This document shows positions 1 through 8,655 of a DNA stretch of 32,000 nucleotides, piece after piece. A model generated the notes under the pieces. It was not told the DNA's origin. It worked only from the letters and a program-made list of their open reading frames with translations, and ran no database searches. The DNA comes from Candidatus Heimdallarchaeota archaeon (lineage in GTDB: Archaea > Asgardarchaeota > Heimdallarchaeia > Heimdallarchaeales > Kariarchaeaceae): contig JASBSB010000006.1 in the NCBI GenBank assembly GCA_030149205.1, positions 637,119 to 669,118 on the forward strand, written 5' to 3'. The position numbers and the translations under genes were made by a program. Positions within the stretch are counted from its first letter, which is position 1. The number at the start of each line of letters is the position of its first letter.

Positions 1-313
1 AATTGGAAATTGTTAGTGAAGATACTAAATCTATGTCAATTCGATCTGAATTATTTAAACCCATAATTTCCAAAGATTTAGTCTTTGCTACCTTCAGGTT
101 AATTATTTGGTTTATGTTTTTATAGACCTTTATTGATGTGCCAGCAAATAATTCAGGTATAATCAAATCTGGAATTTTGTTTTCAACAAAACTAAACCGA
201 CGTAGATCCAATGTTAGTGTATTTTTGACCTTTTTCACTAAACTTTCAATGGGAGGGTTACTTCCAATTAGTAATAGTTTTGATTCAAGTAGAAAGTCCC
301 CAATAGGTTCCAC
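1..313 (-). CDS. Hypothetical protein, 5' part only (runs off the window start)
   Basis: Hand translation of the minus strand from GTG at 313 (in-frame TAA just upstream at 319-317) is open for 104 codons to the window edge: MEPIGDFLLESKLLLIGSNPPIESLVKKVKNTLTLDLRRFSFVENK... It is absent from the ORF track; the + strand ORF 138..320 is its antisense shadow. Confidence 0.6.
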   Translation of the reverse strand, partial: MEPIGDFLLESKLLLIGSNPPIESLVKKVKNTLTLDLRRFSFVENKIPDLIIPELFAGTSIKVYKNINQIINLKVAKTKSLEIMGLNNSDRIDIDLVSSLTISN

Positions 314-445
314 ATATTAAATTATGACTCAATAATATAAAGATTATCCTTAGCAAATTAAAACTAAAAGTTATCTGATTCAACTTTGAATTATTCAACA
401 CATTTCAACTTTAAAGGGGTTTAATGGGAGAGATTCAAAACAATC

Positions 446-453
446 TTTAAATG
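446..453 (+). promoter_or_regulatory. Candidate TATA box for the tRNA-Val transcript
   Basis: TTTAAATG ending 21 nt upstream of the tRNA 5' end, preceded by A-rich CAAAACAATC (BRE-like). Confidence 0.4.
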
Positions 454-474
454 ATTTTCATAGAAATCAAATTA

Positions 475-548
475 GGAACCATGGTCTAGCTTGGTATGAC
501 GTTGCCTTCACACGGCAAAGATCACGAGTTCAAATCTCGTTGGTTCCA
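475..548 (+). tRNA. tRNA-Val (anticodon CAC), intronless, CCA not encoded
   Basis: Complete cloverleaf. Acceptor stem GGAACCA(475-481)/TGGTTCC(541-547), discriminator A548. D-arm GTCT-AGCTTGGTA-TGAC. Anticodon stem TTGCC/GGCAA with loop TT-CAC-AC (CAC at 509-511). T-stem ACGAG/CTCGT with loop TTCAAAT. Confidence 0.96.
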
Positions 549-1385
549 TTGAAGTTTAGAGAGGAAGTAAGCCTTTATCTAAAAGAAGCTTACTCTCTTT
601 CAGAAAACACAATCAAAGGTTTCGGAATCCCAAAAGGGTTTCAAAGAACTGGTTCAATATTGATTTTACGATCAAACCATAAATTAGACGAAAGAATTGG
701 TGAAGCTTGTCTAAACATATATTCATGGACAACTGGGGTTTTTCAACATGTTTCGACTCAGACTGAGGGGAGAATACCAAAATTAATCTACTTGGCAGGT
801 CAAAGAAACACAGAAACCATACATATTGAAAACGGAGTAAAATATGTTTTAGACATTGAGAAAATTACGTTTTCCCAAGGTAACTCAAACCTTCGAAAAA
901 GATTAATAAATGAGGTTAATGATGGAGAAAATCTATTGGACATGTTTGCTGCAGTTGGTAATTTGAGTTTACAACCAATTCTATATAAAACAATAAACTT
1001 TCATTTGATTGAAAAACAACCTTACACGTACAAATTTCTTTTGAAAACACTGAAAATTAATGATGTAACCAGAGGAATTACCCAAAACATAGACTGTAGA
1101 GACATTACAATTAAAAATTGGGCAGACAGAATATTTATGGGATATCATGATGTGAATGAAGAGCATTTAACTTCTGCACTTAAAGCGTTAAAACAAAATG
1201 GAATAATTCACTTACATCCTCTCGTGAAAAACCATGATGTATCTGAATGGATTGAGTATTACTCTAAAATCATAGAAGCGAATAATTACAGTATAATAGA
1301 CGTAACAAGTTACACAGTCAAGAAATTTTCACCAGGATTAGAACATACGGAAATTCAATTCAAAGTTTCTTCTATCAAGGCTTAG
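549..1385 (+). CDS. taw2: Trm5/Taw2 (TYW2)-family SAM-dependent tRNA-modifying enzyme, most like Taw2 aminocarboxypropyltransferase
   Basis: Motifs HIENGVKYVLDIEKITFSQGN, DMFAAVGNLSL (SAM motif I), WADRIFMGY, GIIHLH and VKKFSPGLEH match the Met-10+/Trm5/Taw2 family. The track start (TTG 540) lies inside the tRNA. The next in-frame TTG is 549 and no in-frame ATG occurs in the N-terminal region. Confidence 0.75.
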   Translation: MKFREEVSLYLKEAYSLSENTIKGFGIPKGFQRTGSILILRSNHKLDERIGEACLNIYSWTTGVFQHVSTQTEGRIPKLIYLAGQRNTETIHIENGVKYVLDIEKITFSQGNSNLRKRLINEVNDGENLLDMFAAVGNLSLQPILYKTINFHLIEKQPYTYKFLLKTLKINDVTRGITQNIDCRDITIKNWADRIFMGYHDVNEEHLTSALKALKQNGIIHLHPLVKNHDVSEWIEYYSKIIEANNYSIIDVTSYTVKKFSPGLEHTEIQFKVSSIKA

Positions 1386-3153
1386 GAATGATTTGTTGAA
1401 CTATCTTTTGCAGTTCTGAACGAATGGGTTTTAGATCATGTATTCCGGATTTAGTGAGAGGAGATAAAACATTTAACTTTAAAGTTTGATTGACTATTCG
1501 ATTTAAACTTAAGTTAGCTGCAATTAAATTTCCTCTAAACACATAGATGAAAAGAAAGTCTGTCCCCTTTTTGTTCTCCGTTGTGAAAAACAGCTGCTTT
1601 GAAATTATTGTAAATTCACCATGCTGAATTAACTTTAAGTGTTGTTCATTCTTAAATATCTCTCTTCCAAAATCATTGAAGGCTCGAATAAAATTTCCAA
1701 TGAGCTTATCTGTATCACGACCAATGGGACTCTGAGAATATTGCAAATCAAAAATAACGCTCCCACCTGCATCGACTAGTATCACAAATATTGGTTTCTC
1801 AGTAAATAGTTGATCTGGGTGAACAAATAATCTTACAAAATCAAATGCCTGGTTAATTTGAAGAGTCCCTATTTCGAATTTTATGTTGCTATAATCTTTA
1901 TCTTGGGAGCTTAATAATTCCAACTGATTTTCAATAATTGGGCGAAGATAAGCAATATTATTTTTATTAGCTATCTTATTAGCTTCATTTACACTTTGGA
2001 TTGCATCTTTAAAAGACCCATCAATTAGATTAACCTTACTTTTAAGAATCAACGCTTGAATTGCAAAATCATAGGAATTATAGTTTATAGAACTCCTGTA
2101 AAGATTGTTAGCTGTGTCAATTATTTGAGAGATAGATTCTTGGGTTTGAAATAAAATATAATTCAACAACAATATCTCTGCTTTCGCAAAACTGGCTTTT
2201 ACCTGATACTGAAAAATTGTTCGATCATCTTCAATAAGGTCTACTAAGATTTGGTGTGCCTCTAAGATTTTAAAAAGATCTTTCTGTTCTTTTAACAACA
2301 AGGCACGAGTATAGTTATACCGAGTTATCGTGCTTGGATCCTTAAATTTGATTGCCAAATCATTAAATTTTTTAAGTTGTAATTCTGCTTTTTCAAATTC
2401 TTCTGAATTAATTAAAAATTCAATGTATGATGAATAGGCCCACCCTAGATAGTAGGCATTTTCAAGTTCAGTAAGCAAGCTTATAGACTTCTCAAAATCT
2501 TGGATAGCTAAGTCTTTCATTCCAATTTTCCAATAACAACTTGCAGAGTTCTCAAGTACACTAGCAAGGTAATTCAGATATGATTCTTTCTCAAAATACT
2601 CCTTTGCAGGGGTCAGATATTCCAAGGCTGATTTGTAATCACCTTTTGTCATTAGAAAATAACCAATATTATCATAACAAAGAAACACCCAAGCCTTATC
2701 CCCAATCGACTCGAAGGCACTTATTGCAATTTTATAATGCTTAATACCCTCAGAATACATTCCTGCAATAAAATAGTAAAGGCCATAGGCTTTGTTCAGA
2801 AGAGCTAATAAAAATGATTTTTCCATTGGATGAAGTTCATCGGATTTTGTGTTAATTAATTCTTCAAGTAATAAAAGTTGGTTATACACTTTAGGTTTAG
2901 ACCCACCACGTAGAGTGACATCGATTTTAAATGCCAAAGCAAAGAGATATTCTGGGGACGGAGGTTCATCTTCCAAACCAAAAAACATATCAATAGCAGT
3001 ATTAGCCTTAGTGAACTGCCCTTGCATTGAATGATAAATTATTTTGAGTAAGAGAGCTTTAGAAAGAGGGAAATCAAATGAATCGATTATAGATTCATCA
3101 ACTTCATTTCTTAGAAATCTCTTAAATAAACCTCTTTCTAACTTATCAAACAT
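1375..3153 (-). CDS. TPR-repeat protein with C-terminal longin-like domain
   Basis: Several TPR/SNAP-like helical repeats (YDNIGYFLMTKGDYKSALEYL; LENSASCYWKIGMKDLAIQDFEKSI). The C-terminal ~130 aa show a beta-beta-alpha-beta-beta-beta-alpha pattern (IFVILVDAGGSVIF; LIGNFIRAFNDFGREIF; LKLIQHGEFTII; FLFIYVF). Convergent 11-nt overlap with taw2. Confidence 0.7.
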   Translation of the reverse strand: MFDKLERGLFKRFLRNEVDESIIDSFDFPLSKALLLKIIYHSMQGQFTKANTAIDMFFGLEDEPPSPEYLFALAFKIDVTLRGGSKPKVYNQLLLLEELINTKSDELHPMEKSFLLALLNKAYGLYYFIAGMYSEGIKHYKIAISAFESIGDKAWVFLCYDNIGYFLMTKGDYKSALEYLTPAKEYFEKESYLNYLASVLENSASCYWKIGMKDLAIQDFEKSISLLTELENAYYLGWAYSSYIEFLINSEEFEKAELQLKKFNDLAIKFKDPSTITRYNYTRALLLKEQKDLFKILEAHQILVDLIEDDRTIFQYQVKASFAKAEILLLNYILFQTQESISQIIDTANNLYRSSINYNSYDFAIQALILKSKVNLIDGSFKDAIQSVNEANKIANKNNIAYLRPIIENQLELLSSQDKDYSNIKFEIGTLQINQAFDFVRLFVHPDQLFTEKPIFVILVDAGGSVIFDLQYSQSPIGRDTDKLIGNFIRAFNDFGREIFKNEQHLKLIQHGEFTIISKQLFFTTENKKGTDFLFIYVFRGNLIAANLSLNRIVNQTLKLNVLSPLTKSGIHDLKPIRSELQKIVQQIIPKP

Positions 3154-3212
3154 TAAGTTTCCAACAATAATAAATGGTAATGAAAATATTAAACCTTTAT
3201 CTAAAATCTAGT

Positions 3213-4235
3213 CTACCAATGATTGATTATGAAATCCATACCACTTGATAAAATCCCATTAAAATTGCTTGAGTCATGTAATCCTCTTGCTGAGGCAATT
3301 TTATAGTCAAAATATGAAGTTGCTGTTGATTCATACCAGTAATAATATTTGAACCAACTTATCTTGTCATTGACCTTAACATTATCACTGTAAACTGCGC
3401 TGTGATAAGGAATAAAATCAACAGTGATTCCCATAACAGTGATGTATGAGGCTACTGGATGATAGATCGTGTTCACAGTAGCACCACCCCATCCGATAGA
3501 CCACCTACCTTCACCATTGCTTAGTGCAAAAGCAGCTGTTGTCATTGGGCCAATTACGTTTGCTTTAAACCATGATCCTTTTTCCACACTTTGTAACCAA
3601 CCATAATGTTGATTATAAAGGTCTGAGCCATGATACATTTGCTGTCCTGCGGGTGTAATTGTGAAGAAATCAAATAATAATCCACTTAACCAAGACACAT
3701 AACCAGAAATGTAGACTCCATAATGAGGAGAATCTAAAGTGATAAAAATGTCCACACCCATGTTAGAGTTTTCTTGGACAAACATTGTTCTTGCAACTAT
3801 ACCACCCATGGATGCACCAGCTACTGCCAATCTATAATTTCCTGTGAAATACCCATCTAAATATCTGATGAAATCAGCCAAATTTTGAGCTTGCTGACCT
3901 AACCAAAGGTCTCCGTCGACATAATCAAATATGATGACATCAAACCCCTTACTGGTCATTGTGTTAATTAATGAGCTATACTGTGAAATTGCAGTATCTG
4001 TGGTGAATGAATTATCTGGATCGAAACCTAACAATACAATCACTGGTTTGTCTAATGCACCAGCAATCCTCCATTCAGTAATATATCCTGAATGTCCGTT
4101 TACACTTCTCTTTTCATAATGGAAATTTGTAACTGTGTATCCAAAGACAGAACTCAAATTAGTTCCACCAATTACAAATATCAAAAGGAAAACAGAAATA
4201 GCGAATACTTTTAGAGTATTTTTTCGTGCTTTCAT
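3213..4235 (-). CDS. Secreted alpha/beta-hydrolase (lipase/PGAP1-like)
   Basis: Basic plus hydrophobic N-terminal signal peptide, oxyanion region VLLGFDP, nucleophile elbow GASMGG, ITLDSPHYG motif, candidate catalytic His in GLHDS near the C-terminus. Confidence 0.75.
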   Translation of the reverse strand: MKARKNTLKVFAISVFLLIFVIGGTNLSSVFGYTVTNFHYEKRSVNGHSGYITEWRIAGALDKPVIVLLGFDPDNSFTTDTAISQYSSLINTMTSKGFDVIIFDYVDGDLWLGQQAQNLADFIRYLDGYFTGNYRLAVAGASMGGIVARTMFVQENSNMGVDIFITLDSPHYGVYISGYVSWLSGLLFDFFTITPAGQQMYHGSDLYNQHYGWLQSVEKGSWFKANVIGPMTTAAFALSNGEGRWSIGWGGATVNTIYHPVASYITVMGITVDFIPYHSAVYSDNVKVNDKISWFKYYYWYESTATSYFDYKIASARGLHDSSNFNGILSSGMDFIINHW

Positions 4236-4514
4236 ATATAATCTCGTACCCTATTGGGCAGGTTATTTCTAATATTTTGGTTTAAAAAGTTAACGAAAGA
4301 CACATGCACATTACGATTTTCGATACTCATCAAAGTTGAGAATAGAAACCCTATATTACCAAAAAAATCATTTTAAAATATAATAGAAACTTTTGTGGTT
4401 CGATTTTCTTCAGTCTCAAAATTGTTCTTCATTAATAAAATAGGGATTCTTTGGGGTATTAAATGAGAAAGTGTCACCTCTTACAATACGAATTGAAACT
4501 ATATTTGTTCGAAG

Positions 4515-5786
4515 TTATCCCAAACTAATAGACTCTTCGAACTCTTCAGTAAATTCATCGGTTGGGATCGAATCATCAACTGACCTGAACCTTGTTACAG
4601 TAAAAACGAAAAGAAGTGTTGAAATAATATAGAGTGTAGAGGTAATGAGAAATGATTCTATATAACCGTAGAGATCAATCAAATTGCCACTTACTGGGGA
4701 AAATACGGTCCAACCTACCCACCTGAATGTACTTAACCAAGCACCTCCTGTGGCACGGATCTTTTCCTCAATATATGACAAAAAGGATGCCTGAACAATA
4801 GGTGAACTCATATTGGCAAACATACCTCGAAGAATGTAGAATATGCTTGCTGTAATTAAGTTTGTAGATATCACTAATCCAATCAATGAGAATACAGATA
4901 ACATTGAGGTTACTAAATAGACCTTAGTTGGATTAAATTTTCGGGTTAAGAAAGGTGTTGTCTGTGTTGCTATCCCCATTGCAAGATTTAAAATTAAGAC
5001 TAATACGGAGATTTGTGCAGGTTGAGCACCAAGTGACTTAAGGAAGGGGGGAAGATATGGTAAGGTTGCACCAGCCCCAGCACCAGACATTAAATTCACC
5101 AAGGTAAATAGAATAAACGGGACTACAGCAGCTGAGGTATAAAGAATTTTGACTTGAGCCTTAAAATTAACTTGAGAATCCATATCTTCCTTTGTTTCTT
5201 TTCGAATTTGAACAAAAAACAATACAAAAAATAACAAGCCACCGGTGGTCAGAACTACAAAAACTGGGAAAAAGATAGATGACAGATTTTGTGAAGAGTA
5301 CGATGAAGTGTTATAAAACCAGAAAGCTGAAATCCCTGCACCGATAGCAGGTGGAATCATCCAAGTTGTACTAAAGAGGGCAAACGCTGTGATCCTACTG
5401 TTCCCCTTATTCTGTGCTAAGATTGCTGCACCAGGTCCACTCATTGCTGCTTGTGAGATACCCGCAATTAAATAAAAGTTATAAACACCTTGCTGAGTTT
5501 GATTAAACATAATCATTGGACCTGCTATTAAAGCACTGAGTCCACTGAATCCAACAATCTTCGATAACCCCAGTCGTGTTGCAAACAACGCAAGGGGAAA
5601 AGAAAGTATAGCAACAATCAGAAATCTTGCTGCTAAAATTGACCCAACCTCTTGATAAGACGACCCAAGAAGCTTCAGATATATTGATATTGTAGGATCA
5701 AGAATCCCCATTGCCAGATTTGTGACTGAAGCACCAAAAATAACTACATATGAGAATGGAGTCAACCCTTTGTAGGATTCAAACAT
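4515..5786 (-). CDS. Major facilitator superfamily transporter
   Basis: 423 aa with ~12 hydrophobic segments in two halves. Degenerate motif A in both halves (ALFATRLGLSK; PFLTRKFNPTK) and SGNLIDLYGY near the C-terminus. Confidence 0.85.
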   Translation of the reverse strand: MFESYKGLTPFSYVVIFGASVTNLAMGILDPTISIYLKLLGSSYQEVGSILAARFLIVAILSFPLALFATRLGLSKIVGFSGLSALIAGPMIMFNQTQQGVYNFYLIAGISQAAMSGPGAAILAQNKGNSRITAFALFSTTWMIPPAIGAGISAFWFYNTSSYSSQNLSSIFFPVFVVLTTGGLLFFVLFFVQIRKETKEDMDSQVNFKAQVKILYTSAAVVPFILFTLVNLMSGAGAGATLPYLPPFLKSLGAQPAQISVLVLILNLAMGIATQTTPFLTRKFNPTKVYLVTSMLSVFSLIGLVISTNLITASIFYILRGMFANMSSPIVQASFLSYIEEKIRATGGAWLSTFRWVGWTVFSPVSGNLIDLYGYIESFLITSTLYIISTLLFVFTVTRFRSVDDSIPTDEFTEEFEESISLG

Positions 5787-5889
5787 TAGTTAGATCAATT
5801 ATTTTGCTTTTTCAACCTTTAGTCATATCCTGATAACAAAAGGAAAATTGATGATTACTGGAAAAACTTCAAAGCCTTGTGAATCAATG

Positions 5890-7272
5890 CTAATTTGCAG
5901 GAACTTCCATTGAGGTCTCTTCAACTGAAACAAAGCTGTCGATATTTTCAGCTGCTTTTTTAGCTGCTGCTATGGCTTCAATAGCGGTTTTAGGACCAGT
6001 TACATCGTCTCCTGCTGCAAAAACACCATATACCGAAGTCATATAGGTCTCCGGATCTACTTCGAAAGTGTGCCACTTACTTAAAACAAAGTTTTGTTCA
6101 CTGAGATAATCAAATTCTGGTTCTTGAGAAATAGCCTCAATCACAGTATCACAGGGGATTATATACTCTGAACCTTGAATTGGGATGGGACGTCTTCTAC
6201 CACTTTCGTCTGGTTCACCAAGCTCCATTTTAATTACTTCAATCCCTGTTACTTTACCATCCATCCCAATAATTTTGGTTGGATTTCGTAAATATTCGAT
6301 CTTTATACCTTCTTCCTCGGTTGCTTCTATTTCCTCCTTAGCAGCTGGCATCTCTGCTTTTGTTCTACGATAAATTATTTCTGAAGTAGAACCTAACCTT
6401 AGTGAAACTCTTACTGCATCAATTGCCACATCACCACCACCAATAACAACGACGTGTTTCCCTATTGAGGTAATTTCTCTAAGTGCCACATTTCTAAGAA
6501 AATCTATAGCATGAACTACACCCTCTAGGTCTTCACCGGGTATATTCATATATTTTGGTTTGTGAGCTCCATGACCAATAAAAATCGCATCATATCCTAA
6601 TGAAAATAAATCATCAATTTTTATGTCAACACCAAAGTTAACTCCCGTTTTAAAAATTACTCCAATAGACTCAAGCTTCCTAATCTCTGATTCCAACAAA
6701 GAATTCTTTAGCCGGTATTCTGGGATACCCACAGCCAACATTCCTCCCAACAATTGAAATTTTTCGAAAACAGTTATTGAGTGACCTCTTAAGGCCAAAT
6801 CATGAGCTACGGTTAAGCCTGCCGGACCAGCTCCTATAACTGCAATCTTCTTCCCTGATGGAGTGGTAGGGTTCAATGTTTTTTCATTGTGATCTGCTAA
6901 AAATCGTTTTATTGTAACAATCTGAATTGGTTCCCCTTTTTTCCCAACCACACAAGCATCCTGACAAAACGCAGGACAGATTCTATTGAATGAGGAAGGA
7001 AAGCAATAAAAATCATTTACAATCTTCGCAGCACCCTCTGGATTCCTTTCCTTTAAGTTCACCATCATATCTCGGATGTCAAAATGAGCTGGACAGGCAT
7101 CCTCACATTTTGGTTTTCCACAAGTCAAGCACCTATCAGCTTCAGAATACACCTCTTCTTCAGTTAAATAACCTAAGTTAACCTCATCAAAGTTTGACAC
7201 CCTCTGTTCAACAGGCAAAAAATGTTTTGGCACTGCCTCTCTTCTTCTTTTTTTCTTTTCAGTAGTTGACAT
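5890..7272 (-). CDS. NAD(P)H-dependent Fe-S flavoprotein, GltD / SudA / NfnB family
   Basis: N-terminal Fe-S motifs CLTCGKPKCEDACPAH and RICPAFCQDAC, FAD motif VIGAGPAGL, GGMLAVGIPEYRL, NAD(P) motif VIGGGDVAIDA, GVFAAGD. Start reassigned to ATG 7272 (MSTTEKKKRR); the track's 20-aa extension has no family resemblance. Confidence 0.88.
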   Translation of the reverse strand: MSTTEKKKRRREAVPKHFLPVEQRVSNFDEVNLGYLTEEEVYSEADRCLTCGKPKCEDACPAHFDIRDMMVNLKERNPEGAAKIVNDFYCFPSSFNRICPAFCQDACVVGKKGEPIQIVTIKRFLADHNEKTLNPTTPSGKKIAVIGAGPAGLTVAHDLALRGHSITVFEKFQLLGGMLAVGIPEYRLKNSLLESEIRKLESIGVIFKTGVNFGVDIKIDDLFSLGYDAIFIGHGAHKPKYMNIPGEDLEGVVHAIDFLRNVALREITSIGKHVVVIGGGDVAIDAVRVSLRLGSTSEIIYRRTKAEMPAAKEEIEATEEEGIKIEYLRNPTKIIGMDGKVTGIEVIKMELGEPDESGRRRPIPIQGSEYIIPCDTVIEAISQEPEFDYLSEQNFVLSKWHTFEVDPETYMTSVYGVFAAGDDVTGPKTAIEAIAAAKKAAENIDSFVSVEETSMEVPAN

Positions 7273-7665
7273 AAATCTCACCCAATGGTGTTTTAATTTA
7301 CTAAATATAGTATATAACCACAAAGGTGCCATTCGAAACTTGAAGTATCAATAAACTTGATGTTAGTAATTTTTTCTATTTTCGTACTAGATTATATTTT
7401 GGGAATTATTTTTTTAATATGTTCAAATTTCGAACGTATTTCTCAATAAAGACTGTAAAAATGTGAAAATAATGCGATATAATATATCATTTATGCAAAA
7501 ACACAAGATATAATACGATTACTGAAAAAATTATTACGAAAAAATATAAATTTCAATAGAAGTTCGGGTAATTTCATATTATTTATTTCGAATATAAATG
7601 AATTATTGCATGGTTTTCCTATAAAACCCAATTGAAACCAAATTAAATTTCCAAGAATTTAGTTT

Positions 7666-8082
7666 TCATAAACCGTGAATATAGAGTGGTTTGATCATAA
7701 AGATTATGCGTTTTTCTCCCTCTGGAAGTGGATAAACCTCTCGATTCATATACCTTTTTGCTAATTTATCAATGTGAGGAACTGAAATCTCTTGATCATT
7801 TATCTGATCCACTACTTCCCCTTGCACTGATACATACTCATAAGGATCATTTGGGTTCAAAATAGCTAATGCGACTCTGTTATTCTTCAATACATTGTTG
7901 AATTTCTTTCTCCCAGGAGCAGTATTGAAAGAGAACATGCCAGTCTCTTTATCAAAATCGAACCAAATTGGGGTAAGTTGTGGAAATCCATTTTCATTAA
8001 CTGTTGCTAACATAGCCACGTAGGGTTGAGAGAGAAATTCAAAATATTTTGGGGGGATATTTGTTGGGTTTTTTAATCTCAT
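7666..8082 (-). CDS. PPOX-class (pyridoxamine 5'-phosphate oxidase-like) putative F420-dependent oxidoreductase
   Basis: AMLATVNENGFPQLTPIWF, FNTAPGRKKFNNVLKNNRVALAI, YEYVSVQGEV, IDKLAKRY. TATA-like TTTATCAT 21 nt upstream on the minus strand. Confidence 0.85.
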   Translation of the reverse strand: MRLKNPTNIPPKYFEFLSQPYVAMLATVNENGFPQLTPIWFDFDKETGMFSFNTAPGRKKFNNVLKNNRVALAILNPNDPYEYVSVQGEVVDQINDQEISVPHIDKLAKRYMNREVYPLPEGEKRIIFMIKPLYIHGL

Positions 8083-8190
8083 TAATTACCAATTTGTCAA
8101 TCTATGATAAATCTATGCTTTTTTCTATTTGACCTTTGATTTTAAGCATCAGAAAAGCAGCTTTTTAAGTCACAAAATCAGTATAAGTTT

Positions 8191-8655
8191 ATGATTACCC
8201 ATATTACAAAAGATGAAGTTGAAGCTATCATCATGAGTGAATATGGTATTTACTTAAGCCTAAATCCCAAAGGTTACTTCTTTTTGTTTCAAAAAAGAGA
8301 AAGAAACGAAATTTATTGGTGCGATAATCCCATAATGTTGGATCAGTCCCTCTCAATTTCTAAAATAACATCAGTAGGGTTGATGCTTTGTTATTATTCA
8401 GAGAAAGAAAAAGGGTTCATCCCCCAAATTATTGAAGTTCTTCATCCAGAATATCCAATGATACCTATCACATCCTTAAAAGTGGCAACTGAAGTAACAA
8501 ATCATAAAGAAATTAGCATGAGTGTACTTGAGATCTTTGAGAACAAACAGGTAATCCTAACTTACAAAGACCGACCAATTGGGTTTGGCATGTGTCAACA
8601 ATCTAAGTTCAAACCGGTTATAGATGTTGGATGGTACCTCAGAGAGGGTGACTAA
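8191..8655 (+). CDS. Nip7-like PUA-domain ribosome biogenesis protein
   Basis: C-terminal VILTYKDRPIGFG...VIDVGWYLREGD resembles the Nip7/RsmF-type PUA C-terminus (D-x-G-x-Y-L-R). TATA TTTTTAAG at 8162-8169, 21 nt before the ATG. Confidence 0.6.
   Translation: MITHITKDEVEAIIMSEYGIYLSLNPKGYFFLFQKRERNEIYWCDNPIMLDQSLSISKITSVGLMLCYYSEKEKGFIPQIIEVLHPEYPMIPITSLKVATEVTNHKEISMSVLEIFENKQVILTYKDRPIGFGMCQQSKFKPVIDVGWYLREGD

Noticed and set aside
138-320. + strand 60-aa ORF
   Set aside because: Antisense shadow of the longer minus-strand ORF 1..313 and overlaps it entirely.
540-548. Track start of taw2 at TTG 540
   Set aside because: Lies within the tRNA T-arm and acceptor stem; TTG 549 is more plausible.
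475-548. tRNA as an attachment site of an integrated element
   Set aside because: No integrase next to it and I saw no second copy of the tRNA 3' end in the window.
7273-7332. 20-aa N-terminal extension of the NfnB-like ORF
   Set aside because: No family resemblance; ATG 7272 fits the usual N-terminus.
7333-7665. Short palindromes and several TTCGAA hexamers in this intergenic region
   Set aside because: Arms of 6 bp or less in very AT-rich DNA; not distinguishable from chance by eye.
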